Shown: piece after piece, positions 11,555 through 25,675 of the stretch
How the letters are laid out: every line of letters begins with the position of its first letter
Position numbering within the stretch: position 1 is the first letter of the stretch
Source of the DNA: Eledone cirrhosa
Taxonomy: Eukaryota
DNA: 64,000 nucleotides
Assembly (NCBI GenBank): GCA_964016885.1
Contig: OZ024742.1
Location: forward strand, 364,560,001 to 364,624,000
Direction of reading: 5' to 3'
The notes under the pieces: generated by a model
What the model was told of the DNA's origin: nothing
Database searches by the model: none
What the model saw: only the letters and a program-made list of their open reading frames with translations
Program-made: the position numbers and the translations under genes

Positions 11555-11750
11555 TAATAATTATTTGTACATTTGGCACAAGGCCAGCAATTATCCCAGT
11601 GTATTACTGGTACTTTATTTTATCGAACCCGTAAGGATGAAAGGCAAAGTTAACCTCAGTGGGATTTGAACTCAGACCATAAAGAGCCGTAACTCATTGC
11701 TGCAAAGCATGGCGTACGACTCTCTACCGATACTGCCAACCCACCACCCT
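11555..11750 (-). mobile_element. tRNA-derived SINE copy
   Basis: ttggcacaaggccagcaatt...ggatgaaaggcaaagttaacctc..gggatttgaactcag (reverse B-box GTTCAAATCCC), with an (AAT)n tail. Confidence 0.85.
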
Positions 11751-13003
11751 ATAACCGTACAAATAATAATAATATAAAATGCACGATGTCTAGAGGTGTG
11801 TCGTGGTTATTAACGGCACAGTATTTTCAAGTAAATGGAGTATATTAGAAAAATCCACCCCTTTGTTATTGGGAGAACATTTTGCCGTCTATGTAACTCG
11901 AAAATGTGGAATATACACTCGCAACTCGCTTCAGAAAACCACTGCGTAAATACCTGCCATGACTGCTTTAACTTCTGTCCATACCAAATGAAATTTATCT
12001 AAGAAAATGGTATAGACCAAATTAATTGATGATAATTTCGAGAAATCTAATTTCTTTGAATTAATAACTTTGCACAAGTTGCCTTGCTATTCATAGTTAC
12101 CGCCCTCTATATTATCTAAAAGATTTTATTCATAGCTAAATTTGAAATTACCTGTCCTTGAATAACTCAATTGTATCTTATAAAAACCTCAAAATAATTT
12201 ATGGATGTAACCATATTTATTTTATACTAGACTACCCGTGACCCAATGGGTCACGTTCACTTCAGAATATTTTTTGTTAAATCATGTTCACTTAAAAACC
12301 ATTTTTAAATAATTAAAATATACACAGACACCTATATAATATGAAATGAAACTGGAAGGCACATATATATGTGTGCGTATGTATATAAATAAATGTGTGT
12401 GTCTGTATACATATATATATGTATGTGTGTGTGTATATATATATGTGGATGTCTGTGATCTATAAGCACTGGTCTAGACACATATATATTTATATTTATA
12501 TGTATACAAACTCACACACATATATATGCACAACAACACCACCAGCTCTCCTTCATGATACTTCTCTGTCTCCTCTCCCTCTCTCTATATATCTGATTCA
12601 ATCGAATCTGTCACAACCACTATCTCTTCCTCTCTATCTTTCCCTTTCTTTGTTTATGAAGGCACCCGGAAAAGCCGCATATCTCGGGAACTCATGGTCC
12701 GATTTACGCGAAACTTGTTTTATTCCATTTCTATTCCCATTTCAGGGGCAACTTCCTTTCAAATTATTTTCCCATTATGCTCCCTTATTACATTACAGAC
12801 AAGCAAGCAACCAGAGGTTTTCAGTAGTATAAAGATAACGGTGAATGAGTTGGGATGTATAACCAAACACAACATAAGTACCTGTTGTAACTAATTATAC
12901 TTAACTCGACATTTGGATATTTCTATAAAACCTATACTACAGTATTTATATATATGGGGAATATATAGGATATATAATCGTAGTATGTGCGGTGTTGAGC
13001 TAC

Positions 13004-16000
13004 ACAGTAATAATACTAGCAGTGTGTTACCTGTTGTAGAGAACAGTAATAACACTAGCAGTGTGTTACCTGTTGTAGAGAACAGTAATAATACTAGCAG
13101 TGTGTTACCTGTTGTAGAGAACAGTAATAACACTAGCAGTTTGTTACCTGTTGTAGAGAACAGTAATAATACTAGCAGTTTGTTAACTGTTGTAGAGAAC
13201 AGTAATAATACTAGCAGTTTGTTACCTGTTGTAGAGAACAGTAATAATACTAGCAGTGTGTTACCTGTTGTAGAGAACAGTAATAACACTAGCAGTTTGT
13301 TACCTGTTGTAGAGAACGGTAATAATACTAGCAGTTTGTTACCTGTTGTAGAGAACAGTAATAATACTAGCAGTTTGTTACCAGTTGTAGAGAACAGTAA
13401 TAATACTAGCAGTGTGTTACCTGATGTAGAGAACAGTAATAACACTAGCAGTTTGTTACCTGTTGTAGAGAACGGTAATAATACTAGCAGTTTGTTACCT
13501 GTTATAGAGAACAGTAATAATACTAGCAGTTTGTTACTGTTGTAGAGAACAGTAATAATACTAGCAGTGTGTTACCTGTTGTAGAGAACAGTAATAACAC
13601 TAGCAGTGTGTTACCTGTTGTAGAGAACAGTAATAATACTAGCAGTGTGTTACCTGTTGTAGAGAACAGTAATAACACTAGCAGTTTGTTACCTGTTGTA
13701 GAGAACAGTAATAATACTAGCAGTTTGTTACCTGTTGTAGAGAACAGTAATAATACTAGCAGTTTGTTACCTGTTGTAGAGAACAGTAATAATACTAGCA
13801 GTTTGTTACCTGTTGTAGAGAGCAGTAATAATACTAGCAGTGTGTTACCTGTTGTAGAGAACAGTAATAACACTAGCAGTTTGTTACCTGTTGTAGAGAA
13901 CGGTAATAATACTAGCAGTTTGTTACCTGTTGTAGAGAACAGTAATAATACTAGCAGTTTGTTACCTGTTGTAGAGAACAGTAATAACACTAGCAGTTTG
14001 TTACCTGTTGTAGAGAACAGTAATAATACTAGCAGTGTGTTACCTGTTGTAGAGAACAGTAATAATACTAGTAGTTTGTTACCTGTTGTAGAGAACAGAA
14101 ATAATACTAGCAGTTTGTTACCTGCTGTAGAGAACAGTAATAACACTAGCAGTGTGTTACCTGCTGTAGAGAACAGTAATAACACTAGCAGTTTGTTACC
14201 TGTTGTAGAGAACAGTAATAATACTAGCAGTGTGTTACCTGTTGTAGAGAACAGTAATAATACTAGCAGTGTGTTACCTGCTGTAGAGAACAGTAATAAT
14301 ACTAGCAGTTTGTTACCTGTTGTAGAGAACACTAATAATACTAGCAGTGTGTTACCTGTTGTAGAGAACAGTAATAATTGTTTCTACATTTGGCACAAGG
14401 CCAGCAATTACCCAGTACATTACTGGTACTTTATTTTAACGACCTCTGTATGGATGAAAGTCAAAGTTAACCTCGGCGGGATTTGAACTCAGATCGTAAA
14501 GGGACGTAACTATGCTGGAAAGCATATCCAACCCTCTACCGATACTGCCAATTCAATAATACGAGCAGTGTGTTACCTGTTGTAGAGAACAGTAATAATA
14601 CTAGCAGTTTGTTACCTGCTGTAGAGAACAGTAATAATACTAGCAGTTTGTTACCTGCTGTAGAGAACAGTAATAATACTAGCAGTGTGTTACCTGCTGT
14701 AGAGAACAGTAATAATACTAGCAGTGTGTTACCTGTTGTAGAGAACAGTAATAACACTAGCAGTTTGTTACCTGCTGTAGAGAACATTAATAACACTAGC
14801 AGTTTGTTACCTGCTGTAGAGAACAGTAATAACACTAGCAGTTTGTTACCTGCTGTAGAGAACATTAATAACACTAGCAGTGTGTTACCTGTTGTAGAGA
14901 ACAGTAATAATACTAGCAGTGTGTTACCTGCTGTAGAGAACAGTAATACATCTAGCAGTGTATTACCTGTTGTAGAGAACAGTAATAATACTAGCAGTGT
15001 ATTACCTGTTGTAGAGAACAGTAATAACACTAGCAGTGTGTTACCTGCTGTAGAGAAGAGTAATAATACTAGCAGTGTGTTACCTGCTGTAGAGAACAGT
15101 AATAACACTAGCAGTGTGTTACCTGTTGTAGAGAACAGTAATAATACTAGCAGTGTATTACCTGTTGTAGAGAACAGTAATAACACTAGCAGTGTGTTAC
15201 CTGTTGTAGAGAACAGTAATAATATTAGCAGTGTGTTACCTGCTGTAGAGAACAGTAATAACACTAGCAGTTTGTTACCTGCTGTAGAGAACAGTAATAC
15301 ATCTAGCAGTGTATTAGCTGTTGTAGAGAACAGTAATACATCTAGCAGTGTGTTACCTGTTGTATAGAACAGTAATAACACTAGCAGTGTGTTACCTGCT
15401 GTAGAGAACAGTAATAACACTAGCAGTGTGTTACCTGTTGTAGAGAACACTAATAATACTAGCAGTGTGTTACCTGTTGTAGAGAACAGTAATAATACTA
15501 GCAGTGTGTTACCTGTTGTAGAGAACAGTAATACATCTAGCAGTGTATTAGCTGTTGTAGAGAACAGTAATACATCTAGCAGTGTGTTACCTGTTGTAGA
15601 GAACAGTAATAACACTAGCAGTGTGTTACCTGCTGTAGAGAACAGTAATAACACTAGCAGTGTGTTACCTGTTGTAGAGAACACTAATAATACTAGCAGT
15701 GTGTTACCTGTTGTAGAGAACAGTAATAATACTAGCAGTGTGTTACCTGCTGTAGAGAACAGTAATAATACTAGCAGTGTGTTACCTGTTGTAGAGAACA
15801 GTAATAACACTAGCAGTTTGTTACCTGTTGTAGAGAACAGTAATAATACTAGCAGTTTGGTACCTGTTGTAGAGAACAGTAATACATCTAGCAGTGTATT
15901 ACCTGTTGTAGAGAACAGTAATACATCTAGCAGTGTGTTACCTGTTGTAGAGAACAGTAATAACACTAGCAGTGTGTTACCTGTTGTAGACAACACTAAT

Positions 16001-19000
16001 AATACTAGCAGTGTGTTACCTGTTGTAGAGAACAGTAATAACACTAGCGGTGTGTTACCTGTTGTAGAGAACAGTAATAATACTAGCAGTGTGTTACCTG
16101 TTGTAGAGAACAGTAATACATCTAGCAGTGTGTTACCTGTTGTAGAGAACAGTAATAACACTAGCAGTGTGTTACCTGCTGTAGAGAACAGTAATAATAC
16201 TAGCAGTGTGTTACCTGTTGTAGAGAACAGTAATACATCTAGCAGTGTATTACCTGTTGTAGAGAACAGTAATAACACTAGCAGTTTGTTACCTGTTGTA
16301 GAGAACAGTAATAACACTAGCAGTGTGTTACCTGTTGTAGAGAACAGTAATAATACTAGCAGTTTGGTACCTGTTGTAGAGAACAGTAATAATACTAGCA
16401 GTGTGTTACCTGTTGTAGAGAGCAGTAATACATCTAGCAGTGTGTTACCTGTTGTAGATAACGGTAATAATACTAGCAGTGTGTTACCTGTTGTAGAGAA
16501 CAGTAATAATACTAGCAGTGTGTTACATGTTGTAGAAAGCAGTAATACATCTAGCATAGTGTTACCTGTTGTAGAGAGCAGTAATACATCTAGCAGTGTG
16601 TTACCTGTTGTAGAGAACAGTAATAATACTAGCAGTGTGTTACCTGTTGTAGAGAACAGTAATAACACTAGCAGTGTGTTACCTGCTGTAGAGAACAGTA
16701 ATAACACTAGCAGTGTGTTACCTGTTGTAGAGAACACTAATAATACTAGCAGTGTGTTACCTGTTGTAGAGAACAGTAATAATACTAGCAGTGTGTTACC
16801 TGCTGTAGAGAACAGTAATAATACTAGCAGTGTGTTACCTGTTGTAGAGAACAGTAATAACACTAGCAGTGTGTTACCTGTTGTAGAGAACAGTAATAAC
16901 ACTAGCAGTTTGTTACCTGTTGTAGAGAACAGTAATAGTACTAGCAGTTTGGTACCTGTTGTAGAGAACAGTAATAATACTAGCAGTGTGTTACCTGTTG
17001 TAGAGAACAGTAATACATCTAGCAGTGTGTTACCTGTTGTAGAGAACAGTAATAACACTAGCAGTGTGTTACCTGATGTAGAGAACACTAATAATACTAG
17101 CAGTGTGTTACCTGTTGTAGAGAACAGTAATAACACTAGCGGTGTGTTACCTGTTGTAGAGAACAGTAATAATACTAGCAGTGTGTTACCTGTTGTAGAG
17201 AACAGTAATACATCTAGCAGTGTGTTACCTGTTGTAGAGAATAGTAATAACACTAGCAGTGTGTTACCTGCTGTAGAGAACAGTAATAATACTAGCAGTG
17301 TGTTACCTGTTGTAGAGAACAGTAATACATCTAGCAGTGTATTACCTGTTGTAGAGAACAGTAATAACACTAGCAGTTTGTTACCTGTTGTAGAGAACAG
17401 TAATAATACTAGCAGTGTGTTACCTGCTGTAGAGAACAGTAATAACACTAGCAGTTTGTTACCTGCTGTAGAGAACAGTAATACATCTAGCAGTGTATTA
17501 GCTGTTGTAGAGAACAGTAATACATCTAGCAGTGTGTTACCTGTTGTAGAGAACAGTAATAACACTAGCAGTGTGTTACCTGCTGTAGAGAACAGTAATA
17601 ACACTAGCAGTGTGTTACCTGTTGTAGAGAACACTAATAATACTAGCAGTGTGTTACCTGTTGTAGAGAACAGTAATAATACTAGCAGTGTGTTACCTGC
17701 TGTAGAGAACAGTAATAATACTAGCAGTGTGTTACCTGTTGTAGAGAACAGTAATAACACTAGCAGTGTGTTACCTGTTGTAGAGAACAGTAATAACACT
17801 AGCAGTTTGTTACCTGTTGTAGAGAACAGTAATAATACTAGCAGTTTGGTACCTGTTGTAGAGAACAGTAATAATACTAGCAGTGTGTTACCTGTTGTAG
17901 AGAACAGTAATACATCTAGCAGTGTGTTACCTGTTGTAGAGAACAGTAATAACACTAGCAGTGTGTTACCTGTTGTAGAGAACACTAATAATAGTAGCAG
18001 TGTGTTACCTGTTGTAGAGAACAGTAATAACACTAGCGGTGTGTTACCTGTTGTAGAGAACAGTAATAATACTAGCAGTGTGTTACCTGTTGTAGAGAAC
18101 AGTAATACATCTAGCAGTGTGTTACCTGTTGTAGAGAACAGTAATAACACTAGCAATGTGTTACCTGCTGTAGAGAACAGTAATAATACTAGCAGTGTGT
18201 TACCTGTTGTAGAGAGCAGTAATAACACTAGTAGTGTGTTACCTGTTGTAGAGAACAGTAATAATACTAGCAGTGTGTTACCTGTTGTAGAGAACAGTAA
18301 TACATCTAGCAGTGTATTACCTGTTGTAGAGAACAGTAATAACACTAGCAGTTTGTTACCTGTTGTAGAGAACAGTAATAACACTAGCAGTGTGTTACCT
18401 GTTGTAGAGAACAGTAATAATACTAGCAGTTTTGTACCTGTTGTAGAGAACAGTAATACATCTAGCAGTGTGTTACCTGTTGTAGATAACAGTAATAATA
18501 CTAGCAGTGTGTTACCTGTTGTAGAGAACAGTAATAATACTAGCAGTGTGTTACCTGTTGTAGAGAACAGTAATAATACTAGCAGTGTGTTACCTGTTGT
18601 AGAGAGCAGTAATACATCTAGCATAGTGTTACCTGTTGTAGAGAGCAGTAATACATCTAGCAGTGTGTTACCTGTTGTAGAGAACAGTAATAATACTAGC
18701 AGTGTGTTACCTGTTGTAGAGAACAGTAATAACACTAGCGGTGTGTTACCTGTTGTAGAGAACAGTAATAATACTAGCAGTGTGTTACCTGTTGTAGAGA
18801 ACAGTAATAACACTAGCAGTGTGTTACCTGTTGTAGAGAACAGTAATAACACTAGCAGTGTATTACCTGTTGTAGAGAACAGTAATGATACTAGCAGTGT
18901 GTTACCTGTTGTAGAGAACAGTAATAACACTAGCAGTGTGTTACCTGTTGTAGAGAACAGTAATACATCTAGCAGTGTATTACCTGTTGTAGAGAACAGT

Positions 19001-19738
19001 AATAACACTAGCAGTGTGTTACCTGTTGTAGAGAACAGTAATAATACTAGCAGTGTGTTACCTGTTGTAGAGAACAGTAATAACACTAGCAGTGTGTTAC
19101 CTGTTGTAGAGAACAGTAATACATCTAGCAGTGTATTACCTGTTGTAGAGAGCAGTAATAATACTAGCAGTGTGTTACCTGTTGTAGAGAACAGTAATAA
19201 CACTAGCAGTGTGTTACCTGTTGTAGAGAACAGTAATAACACTAGCAGTGTATTACCTGTTGTAGAGAACAGTAATAATACTAGCAGTGTGTTACCTGTT
19301 GTAGAGAACAGTAATACATCTAGCAGTGTGTTACCTGTTGTAGAGAACAGTAATAACACTAGCAGTGTGTTACCTGTTGTAGAGAACAGTAATAATACTA
19401 GCAGTGTGTTACCTGTTGTAGAGAACAGTAATAACACTAGCAGTGTGTTACCTGTTGTAGAGAACAGTAATACTACTAGCAGTTTGTTACCTGTTGTAGA
19501 GAACAGTAATAATACTAGCAGTGTGTTACCTGTTGTAGAGAACAGTAATAACACTAGCAGTGTGTTACCTGTTGTAGAGAACAGTAATAATACTAGCAGT
19601 GTGTTACCTGTTGTAGATATCAGTAATATTATAAGCTGTTTGTTACCTGTTGTAGAGAACAGTAATACATCTAGCAGTGTATTACCTGTTGTAGAGAACA
19701 GTAATAATACTAGCAGTTTGTTACCTGTTGTAGAGAAC
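13004..19738. repeat. 36-bp satellite, about 180 copies, derived from the nAChR exon/intron junction
   Basis: Unit acagtaataatactagcagtgtgttacctgttgtagaga. The last unit overlaps the exon by 14 nt (19725-19738). It is interrupted by a SINE at about 14375-14554. Confidence 0.97.
14375..14554 (-). mobile_element. tRNA-derived SINE inserted in the 36-bp satellite
   Basis: Same SINE body as 11555 and 23888; aataat on both sides. Confidence 0.9.
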
Positions 19739-19834
19739 TATGTCTGGACGCCAAATGAAGTCACAAGGAATTCTAAATTTAGTGATCCCGCTGAATTCGT
19801 TTGGATCCCAGTGAAGCTTCTCATCGAACCATGA
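19725..19834 (-). CDS. nAChR alpha subunit, 110-nt exon (loop A); absent from the ORF track
   Basis: gtttcag|TCATGG...ATAGTTCTCTACAACAG|gtaac translates to SWFDEKLHWDPNEFSGITKFRIPCDFIWRPDIVLYN(S). It has the WxPDIVLYN motif and the 110-nt length conserved in nAChR genes. Phase 2 matches the next exon. Confidence 0.95.
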
Positions 19835-21756
19835 CTGAAACGAAACATGAAATTATATTTACTGAAATGATTACAGCAACAATAACAAGAAGCACAATAA
19901 TACTTATGATTATGATAATGGGTTCTAATGTAGGAAAACTGTGGGCTTTGGAAGGGAGCAGATATAAGTTGTTTATATCGACAACAATGTTTCGATGGTA
20001 ATTTAATTTATTGGCGACAGGAGGATGAAATATTCAAAAATCTCAACAACAAGAAGACGACTAAAATGATGATGGTGGTGGCGATGATGATGATATTGAA
20101 CCCCAGTATTTCATTGTTACATTATTTGTCTTATCGACAGCGGAGAGGTAAGTGATAGGCAGATTTGACCATACTTAAATCTTAACTAAGAGCAGGAAGC
20201 AGCCATTAGCCCTTTCGTGGATGCTCTAACGATTCTATCAATCTAGCTCACCTTTAGTATATTTGTCTCCAAACATTATTCTTATAATTCTGATTATGTT
20301 ACAGGTTGTGATATGTAGAACTAACGGCTTCCCATATTGACGTAATGTCGGTCTATATTAATTTAATTTGTGATAGCATATATATACTTAGCTTTGCTAT
20401 TAGCAATTGGATATTTCAAGTTATCCTTATCACTAAAAGTATGTCGGTTACTATACGTTAACACTGTTTATTGGCTCTGCGGTTCTTTAATCTGGATAAC
20501 ACGTTAAACATGTTATATCTAATTAATATGAGTTACTCACGTTGTCACTATACCTTTATTTTCAAAATAGATAAAATTCTACTGTCAATCATACCACAGT
20601 ATCTGGGCTTAGTAACAGTTCTGAAATACAAGTAAACACCAGGCTTATCCTCATATTGAGACAGTTGTGAAAGGACTACAGTTAAAATACTCACAGCCTG
20701 ACTTAAAGTGTTAAACATATTGACTATATATCTATAAATCCCTTTATACTGATTTAAGCCCACTGACTTAGTTTCTATATTTATCAAGATAATGTTGTGA
20801 GATTTACTATCCTCTATACTTTTGAAGAAACACCATCTTTTGTCTTACTATAATAGATAAACAGGTGAGCTAAACAAGTGAGCTAAAGGATTATTTTATA
20901 AGAGATAGTCAACTGTTAAGATATATGGGATACATTTAATAAAGCAAGTATTGCTCTCATACTACAGATTGCATTTAACGGCTAAATCACTTTAATTAAA
21001 AGATCTGTCATATAACATGCACACGCAATCAAAATCAATTTTTCAGTTTAATTCTCAGTTGGAAAAATATTCTCATCGCAACACATTTATTAATCCGAAT
21101 GACATATCTTGTGGATTTTTGTGGGGTTTTGTTTCCTTTCTTACTTTTCAATAGATCGTGATATATGATTTTATTCTTTTATCTCATTTGTTTCAGTCAT
21201 TAGAATGCGACCATGCAGGAAAAAACTTGAAGGCTCTACTGAATATTAACACATAGCGCTGAATAATTTCTTCCGACAATCAAAGGCGCATAAGCATCAC
21301 ATTTGTAGGTCGTGTGTATCGGCAGAAGGAACTAAACCTGATAAAGGCTCGTCAACAGAATCATGGCATTAAATAAGACCAAGAACAAACAGCCTTTAAA
21401 TGATAAATTGTGTTATCACCATGGAAATCATTGTCCCTACATCACAAAGGTCCTGCAATCCAAATTAGTTGTAAAAACTGTGCCAAGAAAGGTGATGAGT
21501 CAGGTTGTGAAGACTTAGTTCTTTCGTCATGGAATTACATTCAATATTGTTAGTGTTACATCCTCGCTTCCGTTCTACAGTTTATTGTGATTTATTGTGT
21601 CGAAATAGAACTTCATATCTAATGTTCTTTGTTAAATTTAAGGAAATGAACAAGATACAAGAAAGGGATATACTTATTTCTTCAGGTCTGGTACATATTT
21701 TATCGGTCTGCTTATCAAGTCTGTATTACGATACATAATCAAAGCGCTAACGTACA

Positions 21757-21846
<90 letters not shown>

Positions 21847-22456
21847 ACCATACACACACACACCACACATACACATACACAGAGACATACATACACCACA
21901 CCACATACACACACCACACCACACACACACGCACACACACATTCACACATACACACACCACACCACACACACACATACATACACGCACACATTATGATGA
22001 AGTTTCGTTTACATTCAGTATTGACCGGTTCCGCAGCTGTTGGCTGAGGTCACCTATGGAGACGACTCCAGCCTCGAACTGCTCGTCAGGCGGTTGATTC
22101 AATAACACGTTTGGGACGATAGAGGAAATAACATATCTTTCATAGAGTTAGAGAATACTGTGTATAACTTTCCTGGTGATTATTTAACGCTTTAATGTTC
22201 AAGTCTTCACAACCCTTCCACACAGTTTTCACAGAAAATGTATTGATACAGTCAAGGTTATAGTATAGTAGAGGACCTTTATCTAAGATGTGGGCCGCCT
22301 ATTGTGAGCTGCAGCGGAAACCACGATGTTGCAATGTAATCTTAATCATATCAGAGCGACTAAATAAGATTTCTGTCAAGATTTCTAATCTACTGATATT
22401 CAGATTCTTTCATTACCTCATTCTTTTAAAAAAAGAAACACACACCCAGTTTTAAC

Positions 22457-22555
<99 letters not shown>

Positions 22556-22660
22556 GATAGATATGTATTCATGCACACACACATGTTTGTGTGTGCATAT
22601 AAATGAGAGAGAAAGAGAGACAGAATAGATAGCTAGACGTATGCATGCACGCACACCCAC

Positions 22661-22694
<34 letters not shown>

Positions 22695-23565
22695 GTGGGT
22701 GTGCGTATATATATATATATATATTTGTAATACATGCATATTGAAAAAAATGTTAAAATCTGTTTATCGATCAATACTTCCAACTATGTTTTCCAAGTTT
22801 AATTTTTTTTTTATGATCTAAATCGAAGAATGAAGAAAGTCATTGTGTCTTTGCATAAAATAATCGATTTCAAGAAAGTTTCTCAGATTTTTCTTTCCTT
22901 CAGTCCTTCCTTATATATACACTACTGATTCTCAATAACCGTTCTATTTTCAACTCATGAAGGTAATTGTGCTATTTTTTTTATTTATATTGTATAAGAA
23001 ACAATATGTAAGAGAATATGAAAACTATAAGATATATATATACAATAATGTATGCAAGTGGTATAATGGATTTTCTTAGGTAGGATTACGTGGTTTGATA
23101 TGTTTATAAGTTACGTGATTGAGTAAGGTTCATGCGTTTTCTAATGATAAAGATAATCGTTATAGTTTATATTATAGGAAACAATATGGAGAAACTGGCG
23201 GTGAATTGACAGCTTCGTTAGAATGTCAGTTAAATTATATTTAACTGTAGAGATTCCGACTCTCTGTGGTCGGAGCTCTTACCTCGGCATGATCAAATTT
23301 GCTTATCGTCCTAGGGGGGGGGGACTATACACCACTCTAGTACAGGGTTCGATTCTTCCTCCAAATCTCTTCTTACAACCACAGACTCCCTTTTTAGATG
23401 GAGAAGAAGGAGTAGACAGAGAAGAATATATATATCAAATTTGATATATAAACGGCTTCTACAGAACTGAGACTGTTTCGTATAGAAGCCATTTTATGTT
23501 TACATTCTTTTAATGTATTGAGTACCGGCCTTACTTTGGTTACATCCGATTGAACCTGAGACTCT

Positions 23566-23640
<75 letters not shown>

Positions 23641-23887
23641 AAAATAAGAAACAGAAGAAGATGCTAATAGACTTTTATCGTGGAAAAATTGTAAAAGTTA
23701 TGACCCGTTTCAGTTGATACAAATTCCGAATTGCTCATCTTAGTAAAAAAAATTATAATAAAGTTAAGGTGTATATCAATTAGAAGAGAACATTAAACAT
23801 CATGTAAATATTTCCATAGTTTATATAGGAAGTTCACATCATTATCGTTTCTCTCTCTCTTCGTAATGTAGTGGTAGCAGTCTCATA

Positions 23888-24070
23888 AATAATTGTTTCT
23901 ACGTTAGGCACAAGGCCAGAAATTACCCAGTGCATTACTGGTACTTTATTTTATCGACCCCGTAAGGATGAAAGGCAAAGTTAACCTTGGCCGGATTCGA
24001 ACTCAGAATGGCAAGGGCCGTAACTCTATACGTCAAAGCATGGCGTCCGACCCTCTGCCAATACTACCAA
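23888..24070 (-). mobile_element. tRNA-derived SINE copy
   Basis: aattgtttctac..ggcacaaggccag...cgaccccgtaaggatgaaaggcaaagttaacc..ggattcgaactcag. Confidence 0.9.
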
Positions 24071-24093
24071 TATAAATAATAAGAGTCGAGTTG

Positions 24094-24454
<361 letters not shown>

Positions 24455-24705
24455 TATATACATACACATATATATGTACGATTATATATACTTACACATA
24501 CATGTGCGTATATTATACGTAAATGTTTCGTTATAGAATTCTTGATGGAAACCCTATTACAGCTTAATAGTTTATGTATGAGATAGAAAGATCGCCAGTG
24601 TGTTTGGCATTGTTGTAAAAGATGTTTCTATACTACAATAAATTTATATATTTCTACAGCATTGCTGTTCTTTAGGATATTTAATTTGCATAATTTCATA
24701 CTCAC

Positions 24706-24750
24706 CTGATCTAACCAAACGTTTGATGTTAAAATTTGATTCTTCTCATC
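24706..24750 (-). CDS. nAChR alpha subunit, 45-nt exon (loop D region); absent from the ORF track
   Basis: ttactttcag|GATGAGAAGAATCAAATTTTAACATCAAACGTTTGGTTAGATCAG|gtgagt translates to DEKNQILTSNVWLDQ, the conserved 45-nt phase-0 nAChR exon. Confidence 0.95.
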
Positions 24751-25628
24751 CTGAAAGTAAAACAATAAAGATTTGAATTTAATTAAATGCCAATACTTAA
24801 GAATTGAGGAATACTGTGGGGCTGGGGTTACTGGCAGCCTTTTATGTCTTTATTCTTCCTGTTAACGTTGGCCACCCATAAACAGAGACACACGTATATA
24901 TATTAATTAAAGTTTGGTTTGTGGTCATATTTGTGTGTTATTCAAGACAATGTTTGATAAACCATTAAAGTAAAACTTGTTGAAAAGGGTTTACATTTTT
25001 TGCCTTATCGTAAACCGTTTTCAAACAGGTTTATATCTTACATCAATTCTACTTTATTTAACTTAATCTCATTTTCCTATTCACGTTAAATTGCCTTGAA
25101 AATCAGAAGAATACAACACCTAAAATATGAAGCCATGTTGCTTGTGGTACTACAATACATTATAATAAAACAAGAATTTAAATTCACAAGATTGCCAAAT
25201 TTCATTCCAATTAGATTTGTACTCACTGTCAACAGTGTAATTTAATTAATATTTGTGAAGACATATGGAAATGTGAATATAATTTTTATCTAGTTTCTCC
25301 CATTAGACAGCGGCCAGGCTGGTACACCACCTTCAAGGAATTTAGTTAATTATACCGACAACAATATATATATTTTCAAGTCTGGAACTAATTTTATCGA
25401 TCTCTTTTTTCCCCTTTAACATTAATTATGAGGGACACCTACACACACTCAGACGTAAAATAAACATGGACACTCAGGCACGTGATCATAAGTACGTGGG
25501 TTCACTACAAACAAGGAACGGCGTCCTTTGCTTTTTATCAAACAAATATATTTAAAGTTGTCTTTCTGTCAGGAGTTGCAACCGAGAGATACTATCAACT
25601 GGAACATTGTTTCGGTCGTCTAATTTGT

Positions 25629-25675
<47 letters not shown>

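Noticed and set aside
12226-12255. Hairpin cgtgaccca/tgggtcacg next to CTAG (possible minus-strand Helitron 3' end)
   Set aside because: No matching 5' end could be identified, so it is too short to call.
12891-19834. Very long ORFs (1672 aa minus, 1481 aa plus) across the 36-bp satellite
   Set aside because: These are stop-free frames of a 36-nt monomer. They are not the receptor frame, which has TAA in nearly every unit, and there is no evidence of a real repetitive protein.
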